A stretch of 64,000 nucleotides of DNA from Anaeramoeba ignava BMAN (taxonomy: Eukaryota; Protista; Anaeramoebae), in assembly GCA_028826165.1 (NCBI GenBank), contig JAPDFW010000109.1:134388-198387 (forward strand), in the 5' to 3' direction. Made by a program: the position numbers and the translations under genes. Each line of letters begins with the position of its first letter. Within the stretch, counting starts at the first letter, position 1. The notes beneath the pieces are model-generated. The model saw only the letters and a list, made by a program, of their open reading frames with translations. It ran no database searches and was not told the origin of the DNA. Shown here piece after piece: positions 38,170 through 51,383 of this stretch.

Positions 38170-38589
38170 ATTTTAATTTTGATTTTGATTTTAATTTTAA
38201 TTTTAATTTTAATTTTAATTTTGATTTTAATTTTGATTTTAATTTTAATTTTAATTTTAATTTTAATTTTAATTTTAATTTTAATTTTAATTTTAATTTT
38301 AATTTTAATTTTAATTTTAATTTTAATTTTAATTTTAATTTTAATTTTGATTTTAATTTTAATTTTAATTTTAATTTTAATTTTAATTTTAATTTTAATT
38401 TTAATTTTAATTTTAATTTTAATTTTAATTTTTAATTTTAATTTTAATTTTAATTTTAATTTTAATTTTAATTTTAATTTTAATTTTAATTTTAATTTTT
38501 AATTTTAATTTTAATTTTAATTTTAATTTTAATTTTAATTTTAATTTTAATTTTAATTTTAATTTTAATTTTGATTTTAAATTTTGATT
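38170..38589 (-). repeat. (AAAATT)n microsatellite spacer
   Basis: Direct read. Confidence 0.9.
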
Positions 38590-40381
38590 TTAATTTTGAT
38601 TATTAAATTTTTTAATTAATAAATCAAATAAATTTGGATTTGTTTGATTTAATTGAAAATAATCAATTCCAATTTTAATTTCTTCAATGATTTCTTGTGT
38701 AATTTGAATTTCATCTTTAATTTGATTTGAATAAATCCAATATTCAAATATTTGAAATGATTTATTACTTAATTCACTATAATCTGTAACTTTATTAGAA
38801 GTATCATTTGTAACAGATAAAAACATTCCTCGATATAATTCACTTCTCATTATTAATATTAATTTTGGAAATTTATATTTCTTTTCTTTTCTTTCAATTA
38901 TAAAATCTTTTTCATTTTCATTTTCATTTAAATAAATTCTTTTAATTGTTTCTTCAATTTTTTCATTTGGAATTTATAATTTCTTTAATTTCAGAATATA
39001 ATATTGAATTTATAATTCTATTTGAATAAATCATTTCAAATATTTGATTTGATTCTTTAATTGATTTTTTTGAAATAATTTCTTGAAGTTTTTCAATTTC
39101 ATTTTGATTTTGATTTAATCTATATTTCAATATTAATTTATGAGCTTCAATTATTTCTCCATTTTCTGTTTTAAATGAAATATCACAAAATTCTTTTCTT
39201 TCAAATAATTTTATCAAATCTTCTTCAAGATTGGAAAAAGAAGGAGAATAATAAAGAAATGATTTGTTAGTTCCACAAGAAATATGATAATTAGAAATAT
39301 TTTCATTAAATCTTAATTTAGGAAGTTTAATTTGAATTGGAATTAAATGCCATTCTGTATCTCCAGTTCCTAATTGACCAAATTCATTATCTCCAAATCC
39401 AATTAATTTTCGTTTGGAAGTTAAAATCAAAGTATGAGCATTTCCAACAGAAAAATCAAGAATATTATTATCATTTTCAAATAAAGATGATTTGATTTCA
39501 GTAAATTCATAAGTATCTTCTTCATATTTGCCAAGTCCATTATAATCATAATTTCCACATGAATAAAGTTTTCTTTTTGGATTTTCATTTTCATTTTCAT
39601 TTTCAATCAACATTATTGAATAAGCACTTCCACATTGAATATCAATTATTTTGCCTTTTGGAATATTTTGGATTTTGGTTAATTCTTTGATTTTGGTTTC
39701 TTCTTTTCTTGATTCTCCTAATCCAAGTTGACCATCACCATTAAATCCGCATCCAAATAATTCTTGATTTGAATTTAAAAGAAAAACGTGTTTTGAAGAA
39801 TTTCCTGAAAATATTTTAGAAACATTTTTCATCATTAAAATTGGTTTTTCTGTTTTTTTAAGTCTTTCAGAATCAAAACCAAGTTGACCAAATAAATTGT
39901 CACCAAATCCATAAGCATTTTGATTTGAAGTTAATAAGTAAATTGAATCATCTCCAGAAACAATATCTTGAATTATTCTATCATTTTTATCTTCAATTAA
40001 TGATGAAATATTGATAAATTTTTTTGGATTATTTGGATTAATATCTTTTCCTTTGGCAAATACATTTCCTTCTATTGTTAAAATAGCTTCATTTTGAACA
40101 CCAACAGTTACTTTTTGAATATTTTCTTCAATTTGGATTTTTTCAATATTTTGATTTGAATCATTTTCATTTAAATATTCTATTGCTTTTCCATTTTTAA
40201 AAAGGAAAATTGTTGAATAATTTCCTGTTGAAATTTGTTTAATTTGTTTTTCATTTTCATTTTCATTTTCATTTTCATTTTCATTTTCAAATTTAAATTG
40301 AATTGGTTTTGTTATTTCGTATGATTTATTTTTGATAAGTTTTGGATATTGATTTAAACCAAAAAATATAATTTCATTCAT
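38590..40381 (-). CDS. RCC1-repeat/BTB protein, copy F (1-nt frameshift ~38968)
   Basis: ORFs 38963..40381 and 38590..38850 are collinear with paralogues. Confidence 0.85.
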
Positions 40382-40414
40382 TTTTGAAAAGAAAAAAAAT
40401 GAAAAAATGAAAAA

Positions 40415-40936
40415 TGAATTTTAATTTTAATTTTGATTTTAATTTTAATTTTAATTTTAATTTTGATTTTAATTTTAATTTTAATTTTAATTTTGATTTT
40501 AATTTTAATTTTAATTTTAATTTTAATTTTAATTTTAATTTTGATTTTGATTTTAATTTTGATTTTGATTTTAATTTTAATTTTAATTTTAATTTTAATT
40601 TTAATTTTGATTTTAATTTTAATTTTAATTTTAATTTTGATTTTAATTTTGATTTTAATTTTAATTTTGATTTTAATTTTAATTTTAATTTTAATTTTAA
40701 TTTTAATTTTAATTTTAATTTTAATTTTAATTTTAATTTTAATTTTAATTTTAATTTTAATTTTAATTTTAATTTTAATTTTAATTTTAATTTTAATTTT
40801 AATTTTAATTTTAATTTTAATTTTAATTTTAATTTTAATTTTAATTTTAATTTTAATTTTAATTTTAATTTTAATTTTAATTTTAATTTTAATTTTAATT
40901 TTAATTTTAATTTTGATTTTAATTTTAATTTTAATT
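40415..40936 (-). repeat. (AAAATT)n microsatellite spacer
   Basis: Direct read. Confidence 0.9.
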
Positions 40937-42729
40937 TTAATTTTGATTATTAAATTTTAATTAATAAATCAAATAAATTTGGATTTGTTTGATTTAATTG
41001 AAAATAATCAATTCCAATTTGAATTTCTTCAATTATTTCTTGTGTAATTTGAATTTCATCTTTAATTTGATTTGAATAAATCCAATATTCAAATATTTGA
41101 AATGATTTATTACTTAATTCACTATAATCTGTAACTTTATTAGATTTATCTTCAGTTACAGATAAAAACATTCCTCGATATAATTCACTTCTCATTATTA
41201 ATATTAATTTTGGAAATTTATATTTCTTTTCTTTTCTTTCAATTATAAAATCTTTTTCATTTTCATTTTCATTTTCATTTAAATAAATTCTTTTAATTGT
41301 TTCTTCAATTTTTTCATTGGAATTTATAATTTCTTTAATTTCAGAATATAATATTGGATTTATTATTCTGTTTGAATAAATCATTTCAAATATTTGATTT
41401 GATTCTTTAATTGATTTTTTTGAAATAATTTCTTGAAGTTTTTCAATTTGATTTTGATTTTGATTTAATCTATATTTCAATATTAATTTATGAGCTTCAA
41501 TTATTTCTCCATTTTCTGTTTTAAATGAAATATCACAAAATTCTTTTCTTTCAAATAATTTTATCAAATCTTCTTCAAGATTGGAAAAAGGAGGAGAATA
41601 ATAAAGAAATGATTTGTTAGTTCCACAAGAAATATGATAATTAGAAATATTTTCATTAAATCTTAATTTAGGAAGTTTAATTTGAATTGGAATTAAATGC
41701 CATTCTGTATCTCCAGTTCCTAATTGACCAAATAAATTATGTCCAAATCCAATTAATTTTGAATTAGAAGTTAAAATCAAAGTATGAACATTTCCAACAG
41801 AAAAATCAAGAATATTATCATCATTTTCAAATAAAGATGATTTGATTTCAGTAAATTCATAAGTATCTTCTCGATATTTGCCAAGTCCATTATATCGATA
41901 ATCTCCACATGAATAAAGTTTTCTTTTTGGATTTTGATTTTGATGTTCAATTTCAATCAACATTATTGAATAAGCACTTCCACATTGAATATCAATTATT
42001 TTGCCTTTTGGAATATTTTGGATTTTGGTTAATTCTTTGATTTTGGTTTCTTCTTTTCTTGATTCTCCTAATCCAAGTTGACCATCACCATTAAATCCGC
42101 ATCCAAATAATTCTTGATTTGAATTTAAAAGAAAAACATGATAAGATGAAATTCCTGAAAATATTTTAGAAACATTTTTCATCATTAAAATTGGTTTTTT
42201 TGTTTCTTTAAGTGTTTCAGAATCAAAACCAAGTTGACCAAATAAATTGTCACCAAATCCATAAACATTTTGATTTGAAGTTAATAAGTAAATTGAATTA
42301 TATCCAGAAACAACATCTTGAATTACTCTATCATTTGTATCTTTAATTAATGATGAAATATTGATAAATTCATCTGGATTATTTGGATTAATATATTTTC
42401 CTTTTGGCAAATACATTTCCTTCTTTTGTTAAAATAGCTTCATTTTGATCACTAACAGTTACTTTTTGAATATTTTCAATTTGGATTTTTGAAGGATTTT
42501 GATATGAATCATTTTCATTTAAATATTCTATTGCTTTTCCATTTTCAAAAAGGAAAATTGTTGCAAATATTCTTGTTGAAATTTGTTTAATTTGTTTTTC
42601 ATTTTCATTTTCATTTTCATTTTCATTTTCATTTTCAAATTTAAATTGAATTGGTTTTGTTATTTCGTATGATTTATTTTTGATAAGTTTTGGAAATGAA
42701 TTTAAACCAAAAAATATAATTTCATTCAT
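40937..42729 (-). CDS. RCC1-repeat/BTB protein, copy G (frameshifts ~42403 and near the 3' end)
   Basis: ORFs 42388..42729 and 40950..42416. Confidence 0.85.
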
Positions 42730-42774
42730 TTTTGAAAAGAAAAAAAATGAAAAATGAAAAAATGAATTTTGGAA

Positions 42775-43024
42775 TTTTAATTTTGATTTTAATTTTAATT
42801 TTAATTTTAATTTTAATTTTAATTTTAATTTTAATTTTAATTTTAAATTTAATTTTAATTTTAATTTTAATTTTAATTTTAATTTTAATTTTAATTTTGA
42901 TTTTGAATTTTAATTTTAATTTTAATTTTAATTTTGATTTTAATTTTAATTTTAATTTTAATTTTAATTTTAATTTTAATTTTAAATTTTAATTTTAATT
43001 TTAATTTTAATTTTAATTTTGATT
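42775..43024 (-). repeat. (AAAATT)n microsatellite spacer
   Basis: Direct read. Confidence 0.9.
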
Positions 43025-44794
43025 TTAATTTTGATTATTAAATTTTTTAGTTAATAAATCAAATAAATTTGGATTTGTTTGATTTAATTGAAAATAATCA
43101 ATTCCTGTTTCAATTTCATTAATTATTTCTTGTGTAATTTCAATTTCATCTTTAATTTGATTTGAATAAATCCAATATTCAAATATTTGAAATGATTTAT
43201 TACTTAATTCACTATAATCTGTAACTTTATTAGATTTATCTTCAGTTACAGATAAAAACATTCCTCGATATAATTCACTTCTCATTATTAATATTAATTT
43301 AGGAAATTTATATTGTTTTTCTTTTCTTTCAATAATAAAATCTTTTTCATTTTCATTTTCATTTAAATAAATTCTTTTCATTGTTTCTTCAATTTTTTCA
43401 TTTGAATTTATAATTTCTTTAATTTCAGAATATAATTTTGGATTTATTTTGGAATTATTTGAATAAATCATTTCAAATATTTGATTTGATTCTTTAATTG
43501 ATTTTTTTGAAATAATTTCTTTGAAGTTTTTCAATTTCATTTTGATTTTGATTTTTTAATCTATATTTCAATATTAATTTATGAGCTTCAATTATTTCTC
43601 CATTTTGTTTTTAAATGAAATATCACAAAATTCTTTTCTTCTAAATAATTTTATCAAATCTTCTTCAAGATTGGAAAAAGAAGGAGGAGAATAATAAAGA
43701 AATGATCTGTCATTTCCACAAGAAATATGATAATTAGAAATATTTTCATTAAATCTTAATTTAGGAAGTTTAATTTGAATTGGAATTAATTGATCTTCTG
43801 TATTTTCAGTTCCTAATTGACCTGAAAAATTTTTTCCAAATCCAATTAATTTTGAATTGGAAGTTAAAATCAAAGTATGATCTGCGCCACAAGAAAAATC
43901 AAGAATATTATCATCATTTTCAAATAAAGATGATTTGATTTCAGTAAATTTATAAGTATTTTCATATTTTCCAAGTCCATTTAATCGATAATCACCACAT
44001 GAATAAAGTTTTCTTTTTGGATTTTCATTTTCATTTTCATTTTCAATCAACATTATTGAATACATATATCCAGATTGAATATCAATTATTTTGCCTTTTG
44101 GAATATTTTGGATTTTGGTTAATTTTTGGATTTTTGATTCTTCTTTTCTTGATTCTCCTAATCCAAGTTGACCTGAATAATTATTTCCGCATCCAAATAA
44201 TTCTTGATTTGAATTTAGAAGAAAAACATGTTTTGAAATATTTCCTGAAAATATTTTAGAAACATTTTTCATCATTAAAATTGGTTTTTGTGTTATTAGA
44301 AGTGTTTCAGAATCGAAACCAAGTTGACCAAATAAATTGTCACCAAATCCATAAGCATTTTGATTTGAAGTTAATAAGTAAATTGAACTTAATCCAGAAA
44401 CAATATCTTGAATTACTCTATCATTTGTATCTTCAATTAATAATGAAATATTGATAAATTCTTTTATATTTTTTAGATTAACATTTTTTCCTTTGGCAAA
44501 TACATTTCCTTCTATTGTTAAAATAGCTTCATTTTGAAAACTGTTAAGAACTTTTTGAATATTTTCTTCAATTTGGATTTTTTCAGGATTTTGATTTGAA
44601 TCATTTAAATATTCTATTGCTTTTCCATTTTCAAAAAGGAAAATTGTTGAAAAATAACCTCCTGATGAAATTTGTTTAATTTGTTTTTCATTTTCATTTT
44701 CAAATTTAAATTGAATTGGCTTTATTATTTTTTCTGGTTCATTTTTGAAAAGTTTTGGATATTGATCTCTTCCAAAAAATATAATTTCATTCAT
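43025..44794 (-). CDS. RCC1-repeat/BTB protein, copy H (frameshifts ~43520-43610)
   Basis: ORFs 43592..44794 and 43025..43540. Confidence 0.85.
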
Positions 44795-44854
44795 TTTTGA
44801 AAAGAAAAAAAATGAAAAAAATATTTTTTAAAATTTTTTAAAATTTTTAAAATT

Positions 44855-47800
44855 TTAATCTAAATCCTTTAAAATTAAATCAATTATTGAATTTTGATTT
44901 AATTGATAATAATCTTTTAAATCAATAAATTCTTCAATAATAGATTGAGTAACTTTTGTATCATCAAATTTATCATGATAAAAGAAATAGATTAATTGAT
45001 TTATTGTCTCAAATGATTTTCGTGAATAATCATGAACTTTATTGGAAGAATCTTGAACATTTAATTGAAACATTCCTTTAAATAATTCACTTCTTATGAT
45101 TAATATTAATTTATGAACTTTAATCTCTTTTTTTTCGCAAATTATTGTAAAATCTTTTGTTTCGTTTTGTTCGTATAATTTTTCAAAATCTTTGATTATT
45201 CCTTCTCTTCCTTTTTTTGAGTCAATCCAATTTGAATCAAATCCAAGTTCTTTAAAAAGTTGTGAAATAATTTCTTTTTCTTTTTCTTGTTCTTTTTCTT
45301 TTCTTCTTCTTCTTTGACTGAATCGCTTGAATCGTTATCAGAATCTAGTTTCGGGAACATTTTTTCAAAATTTGTAAATCCTGTATAAAGAAAATCCAAA
45401 GCAATTCCGACTTCTTCTTTTGGCTTTTGGAAACAAATGCGAGCAAATCTCTGTAGAACGGATTCATCGTTGTTAAATCTTGTCAAAAGAATCAATTTAT
45501 GAGCTTTGAATTTGAAAGAATCAATTGATTGAATTTGGTAATCTGAAAAATTATCAGTTGATTTTAATAAATTGTTTAAATCTTGATTAAATGAATAAAG
45601 TTGGGAAAATAAATGGATAAATTGCTTTGTAATTTGCTTTCTTTCCAATTTGAAAATATTCGCATTGTTATCTAATAAGCATTTGATGACATTTTCGTTT
45701 GCGTTATGAATTGCTATTGAAAGAGCTGTTTCACTAGTATGTGTTACTGCATTAACATCAACTCCATTTCTAACCAAATATTGGATAATAGATAATGATA
45801 CATTATTCCAACAAGCAAAATGTAAAGGTGTTTGATTTCCATCAGCTCTCATATCAATATCAGCTCCTTTTGAAACTAAATACTGAATAACATCAAATGA
45901 ATTTTTTTGACAAGCAAGATGTAAGGCTGTTTCATTCCTATTATTTTTCTCATTGACATCAACCCCTTTTGAAATCAAATACTCGATAATTTCAATCGAT
46001 AAATGTCTCTGACAAGCTAAATGCAAAACCGTTTGATTTTGATAAGTTTTGGCATTTAGATCAACTCCTTTTTCCACAAGAAATTTGATGATTCCAAAAG
46101 ATGAATCATTTTGACAGGTAAAATGTAAAGCTGTTTGATTCCTATTGGTTACCACATTGATATCCGCTCCCTTTGAAATTAGGTATTGGATCGAGTCTAT
46201 CGAGTTGTTTTGTAGAGCAAAATGAAGTGGTGTTTGGTTTTCATTTGTTTTTGCGTTTATATCAAGTCCCTTTTCAACAAGAAACTTAATAGTTTCAAAA
46301 GATGAATTATTTCGACAAGCAAAATGCAAAGCTGTTTCATTTGAGTTCGTTTTTTCGTGGATATCAACTCCTTTTTCAACTAAATACTCAATAACTTCGA
46401 GCGAATTACTTTCACAAGCAAAATGTAAAGCTGTTTTGCCGAAATCTGTTTTTGCATTGATATAAAGTTCCTTTTCAACAAGATATTTCACAATTTCAAT
46501 TGAGGAACTACTTCGACAAGCAAAATGCAAAGCTGTTTCGTTGCGATTTGCTTTTGCATTGATATCAAGTCCTTTTGCAACCAAATATTGGATAATTTCA
46601 AGTGAACTATTTTCGCAAATATAATGCAAAATCGTGTGATTTCTGTTTGTTTTTGCATTGATATCAGCTCCTTTTTCAACCAAATATTGAATTGTTTCTA
46701 ATCTTCCGCCATCCCAACAGCCAAAATGCAAAGGTGTTTCGTTGTGAATCGTTTTTGCGTTGATATCAAACCCTCCTTCAACTAAATACTGGGTAATTTC
46801 AAATGAATTAAATTGCAAAGAATAATGCAAAGCTGTTTCATTCTGGTGATTTTTGGCATTTAGATCAACTCCTTTTTCGACAAGAAATTCGATGATTTCA
46901 AGTGAATTTGTTTGGCAGGCATAATGGAAAATTGTTTCGTTTTCATTTGTTTTTGCATTTATATCAAGTCCTTTTTCAATGAGAAATTTAACTGCATCTA
47001 GAGATCTATTTCTGCAAGCCAAATGCAAAGCCGTTTCATTCTGGTTGTTTTTTGTATTAATATCAGCTCCTTTTTCAACAAGAAATTTGATAACTCCAAA
47101 TGTATTGTATTCACAAGCTAAATGGAAGGCAGTTTTCTTTCCGCCTGTTTTTTGATCAATTTCAACATCGTTTTCAATCAAATACTGAATAATTGAGATG
47201 GATGCGCTATTTTGGCATGCCAGATGCAAAGATGTTTCATTATAGTTTGTTTTTGCATTGATATCAACTCCTTTTTCAACCAGATATTGGATAACTTCAA
47301 GTGAAAGGCTACTTTGAGAAGCATAATGCAAAACTGTTTCATTATAACTTGTTTTTTCGTTAATATCAAGTCCCTTTTCCACCAAATATTGAATGACATC
47401 AAGCGAGTTTTTTGGGGAAGCAAGATGCAAACTTGTCTCTCCCCATCTTGTTTTTGTATATATATCAACTCCCTTTTCAACAAGAAATTTGATCACAGCA
47501 AGTGAGTTTTTTTGGCAAGCAATATTCGAAGCTGTTTTCCCAAAATTGGTTCTTGCATGTAGATCAACTCCCTTTTCAACAAGAAATTTGATCACTTCAA
47601 GCGAGTTTTTTCCACATGCAAAATGCAAAGTGGTTTCATTTTTATTGGTTTTTGCTTTTATATCAAGTCCCTTCTCAACTAAATATTGGATCACTTCAAG
47701 CGAGTTTTTTTCACATGCAAAATGCAAAGCTGTTTTTCCAAAACTAGCCTTTTGATGTATATCAAATCCCTTTTCAACAAAAAATTTGATAACTTCAAGC

Positions 47801-48759
47801 GAATTACTTTTGCAAGCCAAATGTAAGACTGATTCATCTTGAGTTGTTCTTGGTTTTAAATCAGCTCCTTTTTGAATTAAATATTGGATAACTTCAAGTG
47901 AGTTTTTTCGACAAGCAGAATGCAAAAGTGATTTCCCAAGAGTTGTTTTTGAGTTTGCATCAAATCCCTTTTCAAAAAGAAAATTGATAACTTCAAGCGA
48001 ATTACTTTTGCAAGCAAAATGAAAGGGTGATTTGTTTTTGTTTGTTTTTGTTTTTAAATCAGCTCCTTTTTGAATTAAATATTGGATAACTTCAAGTGAG
48101 TTTTTTCGACAAGCAAAATGCAAAACTGATTCATGCAAATTTGTTTTTTGATTTACATCAAATTTTTTTTCAATCAAATATTGGACAACTTCAAGCGAGT
48201 TGTTTTTGCAAGCCAAATGCAAATTTGACATCACACTTTTCTCAAAAATTAATGAAGGAGTTGTTTTTTGATGAATATTCAATCCTTTCCCAATAAGAAA
48301 TTCAATAATTTGAATTGAATTGTATTGACAAGCATAATTTAAAAGTGTTCTTCCTTTTCTGTCTTTTGAATGAATATCCATCCCTTTTTCAACCAAAATT
48401 TCGATAATTTTCATTAAATCTTGATTATTTTTCGTATATTTTATTGCAAGATGCAAAATTGTTTTCCCTTTTCTATCGTTTGAATTCATGTTAATTCCTT
48501 TTCCAATCAATAATTCAATCATTTCAATTCCTGAATTATTTATAATTGCAATATGTAATTCATTTCTTCCTTTTTTATCAAATGAATTTGTTTTTATTCC
48601 TTTTGAAATTAATTCTTCAATAAAATCTTTGGAAACTTTTTTTTCAATTGCAAAATGTAAAATTGGTTTTTCTTCTTTTTCTAATTCTGTTTTTGGTATT
48701 GATTTTGTTTGCTTTAATAATTCAATGTTATTTTTTTCAATAATTTTGCGAATTTCCAT
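44855..48759 (-). CDS. Ankyrin-repeat (roughly 30 repeats) / tandem-BTB protein (frameshift ~45300)
   Basis: Repeated T(A/P)LH(F/L)AC...LVEKG.DIN.KT units, then FSDYQI...KAHKLILL. The alternate frame continues LGFDSNW...KDFTII...KVHKLILIIRSELFKGMF into ORF 44855..45073. Likely start is MEIRK at 48759. Confidence 0.88.
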
Positions 48760-48819
48760 TTTTGAGAAGAAAAAAAATGAAAAACGAAAATTCAAAAATC
48801 ATTTTTTTTCTTTTCTAAA

Positions 48820-50583
48820 ATGAATGAAATTTTATTTTTTGGTTCAAATTACAAACCAACAATAATAAAAAATGAAACAAATTTAATAACAAAGCCAATT
48901 CAATTTAAATTTGAAAATGAAAATGAAAATGAAAATGAAAAACAAATTAAACAAATTTCAACAAGTAATTTTTCAACAATTTTCCTTTTTGAAAATGGAA
49001 AAGCAATAGAATATTTAAATAAACCTGAAAAAATCCAAATTGAAAATATTCAAAAAGTATCTGTTGGTGATCAAAATGAAACTATTTTAACAATAGAAGG
49101 AAATGTATTTGCCAAAGGAAAAGATATTAATCCAAATTATCCAAAACAATTTATCAATATTTCATCATTAATTGAAGATACAAATGATAGAATAATTCAA
49201 GATATTGTTTCTGGAGCATATCAATCAATTTACTTATTAACTTCAAATCAAAATGTTTATGGAATTGGTTCAAATTATTTTGGTCAACTTGGTTTTGATT
49301 CTGAAACACTTAAAGAAACAAAAAAACCAATTTTAATGATGAAAAATGTTTCTAAAATATTTTTAGGAGATTCTTCAGCTCATATTTTTCTTTTAAATTT
49401 AAATCAAGAATTATTTGGATGCGGATTAAATATATATGGTCAACTTGGATTAGGAGAATCAAGAAAAGAAGAATCAAAAATCCAAAAATTAACCAAAATC
49501 CAAAATATTCCAAAAGGCAAAATAATTGATATTCAATGTGGATATTTTCATTCAATAATGTTAATTGAAAATGAAGATGAAAATCAAAATCCAAAAAGAA
49601 AACTTTGTTCATGTGGAAATTCTCAATATAATGGACCCGGCAAATATGAAGATACTTATGAATTTACTGAAATCAAATCATCTTTATTTGAAAATGATGA
49701 TGATATTCTTGATTTTTCTGTTGGATATAATCATACTTTGATTTTAACTTCCAATTCAAAATTAATTGGATTTGGAAATAATTATAATGGTCAATTAGGA
49801 ACTGGAAATATATATGATCAAAGAATTCCAATTCAAATTGAACTTCCTAAATTAAGATTTAATGAAAATATTTCTAATTATCATATTTCTTGTGGAAATG
49901 ATAGATCATTTCTTTATTATTCTTCTCCTCCTTCTTTTTCCAATCTTGAAGAAGATTTGATAAAACTATTTAAAAGAAAAGAATTTTGTGATATTTCATT
50001 TAAAACCAAAAATGGAGAAATAATCAAAGCTCATAAATTAATATTGAAATATAGATTAAATCAAAACCAAAATGGAATTGAAAAACTTCAAGAAATTATT
50101 TCAAAAAAATCAATTAAAGAATCAAATCAAATATTTGAAATGATTTATTCAAACAGAATAATAAATCCAATATTATATTCTGAAATTAAAGAAATTATAA
50201 ATTCAAATGAAAAAATTGAAGAAACAATGAAAAGAATTTATTTAAATGAAAATGAAAATGAAAAAGATTTTATAATTGAAAGAAAAGAAAAACAATATAA
50301 ATTTCCTAAATTAATATTAATAATGAGAAGTGAATTATATCGAGGAATGTTTTTATCTGTAACTGAAGATAAATCAAATAAAGTTACAGATTATAGTGAA
50401 TTAAGTAATAAATCATTTCAAATATTTGAATATTGGATTTATTCAAATCAAATTAAAGAAGGAATTCAAATTACACAAGAAATAATTAATGAAATTCAAA
50501 TTGGAATTGATTATTTTCAATTAAATCAAACAAATCCAAATTTATTTGATTTATTAATTAATAAATTTAATAATCAAAATTAA
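48820..50583 (+). CDS. RCC1-repeat/BTB protein, copy I
   Basis: Intact 587-aa ORF. Confidence 0.92.
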   Translation: MNEILFFGSNYKPTIIKNETNLITKPIQFKFENENENENEKQIKQISTSNFSTIFLFENGKAIEYLNKPEKIQIENIQKVSVGDQNETILTIEGNVFAKGKDINPNYPKQFINISSLIEDTNDRIIQDIVSGAYQSIYLLTSNQNVYGIGSNYFGQLGFDSETLKETKKPILMMKNVSKIFLGDSSAHIFLLNLNQELFGCGLNIYGQLGLGESRKEESKIQKLTKIQNIPKGKIIDIQCGYFHSIMLIENEDENQNPKRKLCSCGNSQYNGPGKYEDTYEFTEIKSSLFENDDDILDFSVGYNHTLILTSNSKLIGFGNNYNGQLGTGNIYDQRIPIQIELPKLRFNENISNYHISCGNDRSFLYYSSPPSFSNLEEDLIKLFKRKEFCDISFKTKNGEIIKAHKLILKYRLNQNQNGIEKLQEIISKKSIKESNQIFEMIYSNRIINPILYSEIKEIINSNEKIEETMKRIYLNENENEKDFIIERKEKQYKFPKLILIMRSELYRGMFLSVTEDKSNKVTDYSELSNKSFQIFEYWIYSNQIKEGIQITQEIINEIQIGIDYFQLNQTNPNLFDLLINKFNNQN

Positions 50584-51345
50584 AATTAAAATTAAAATTA
50601 AATTAAAATTAAAATTAAAATTAAAATTAAAATTAAAATTAAAATTAAAATTCAAAATTAAAATTAAAATCAAAATTAAAATTCAAAATTAAAATTCAAA
50701 ATTAAAATTAAAATTAAAATTAAAAATTAAAATCAAAAATCAAAATTAATATTAAAATTAAAATTAAAATTAAAATTAAAATCAAAATTAAAATTAAAAT
50801 TAAAAAATTAAAATTAAAATTAAAATTAAAATTAAAATTAAATTTAAAATTAAAATTAAAATTAAAATTAAAATTAAAAATTAAATTTAAAATCAAAATC
50901 AAAATTAAAATTAAAATTAAAATTAAATTTAAAATCAAAATTAAAATTAAAATTAAAATCAAAATTAAAATTAAAATTAAAATTAAAATTAAAATTAAAA
51001 TTAAAATTAAAATTAAAATTAAAATTAAAATTAAAATTAAATTTAAAATCAAAATCAAAATTTAAAATTAAAACCAAAATCAAAATTAAAATTAAAATTA
51101 AAATTAAAATCAAAATTAAAATTAAAATTAAAATTAAAATTAAAATTAAAATTAAAATTAAAATTAAAATTAAAATCAAAATCAAAATTTAAAATTAAAA
51201 TTGAAATCAAAATTAAAATCAAAATAAAAATTAAAATTAAAAATTAAAATTAAAATCAAAATCAAAATTAAAATTAAAATTAAAATTAAAATTAAAATTA
51301 AAATTAAAATCAAAATAAAAATAAAAATAATATTAAAATTAAAAA
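50584..51345 (+). repeat. (AAAATT)n microsatellite spacer
   Basis: Direct read. Confidence 0.9.
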
Positions 51346-51383
51346 TTCAAAAATCATTTTTTTTCATTTTTTTCTTTTCTAAA

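Noticed and set aside
27722-51185. ORFs of (IL)n, (NF)n, (KI)n and (LK)n type, also at 1.8-3.5, 11.4-12.7 and 17.4-19.3 kb
   Set aside because: These are translations of hexamer microsatellites or intronic repeats, mostly with TTG starts.
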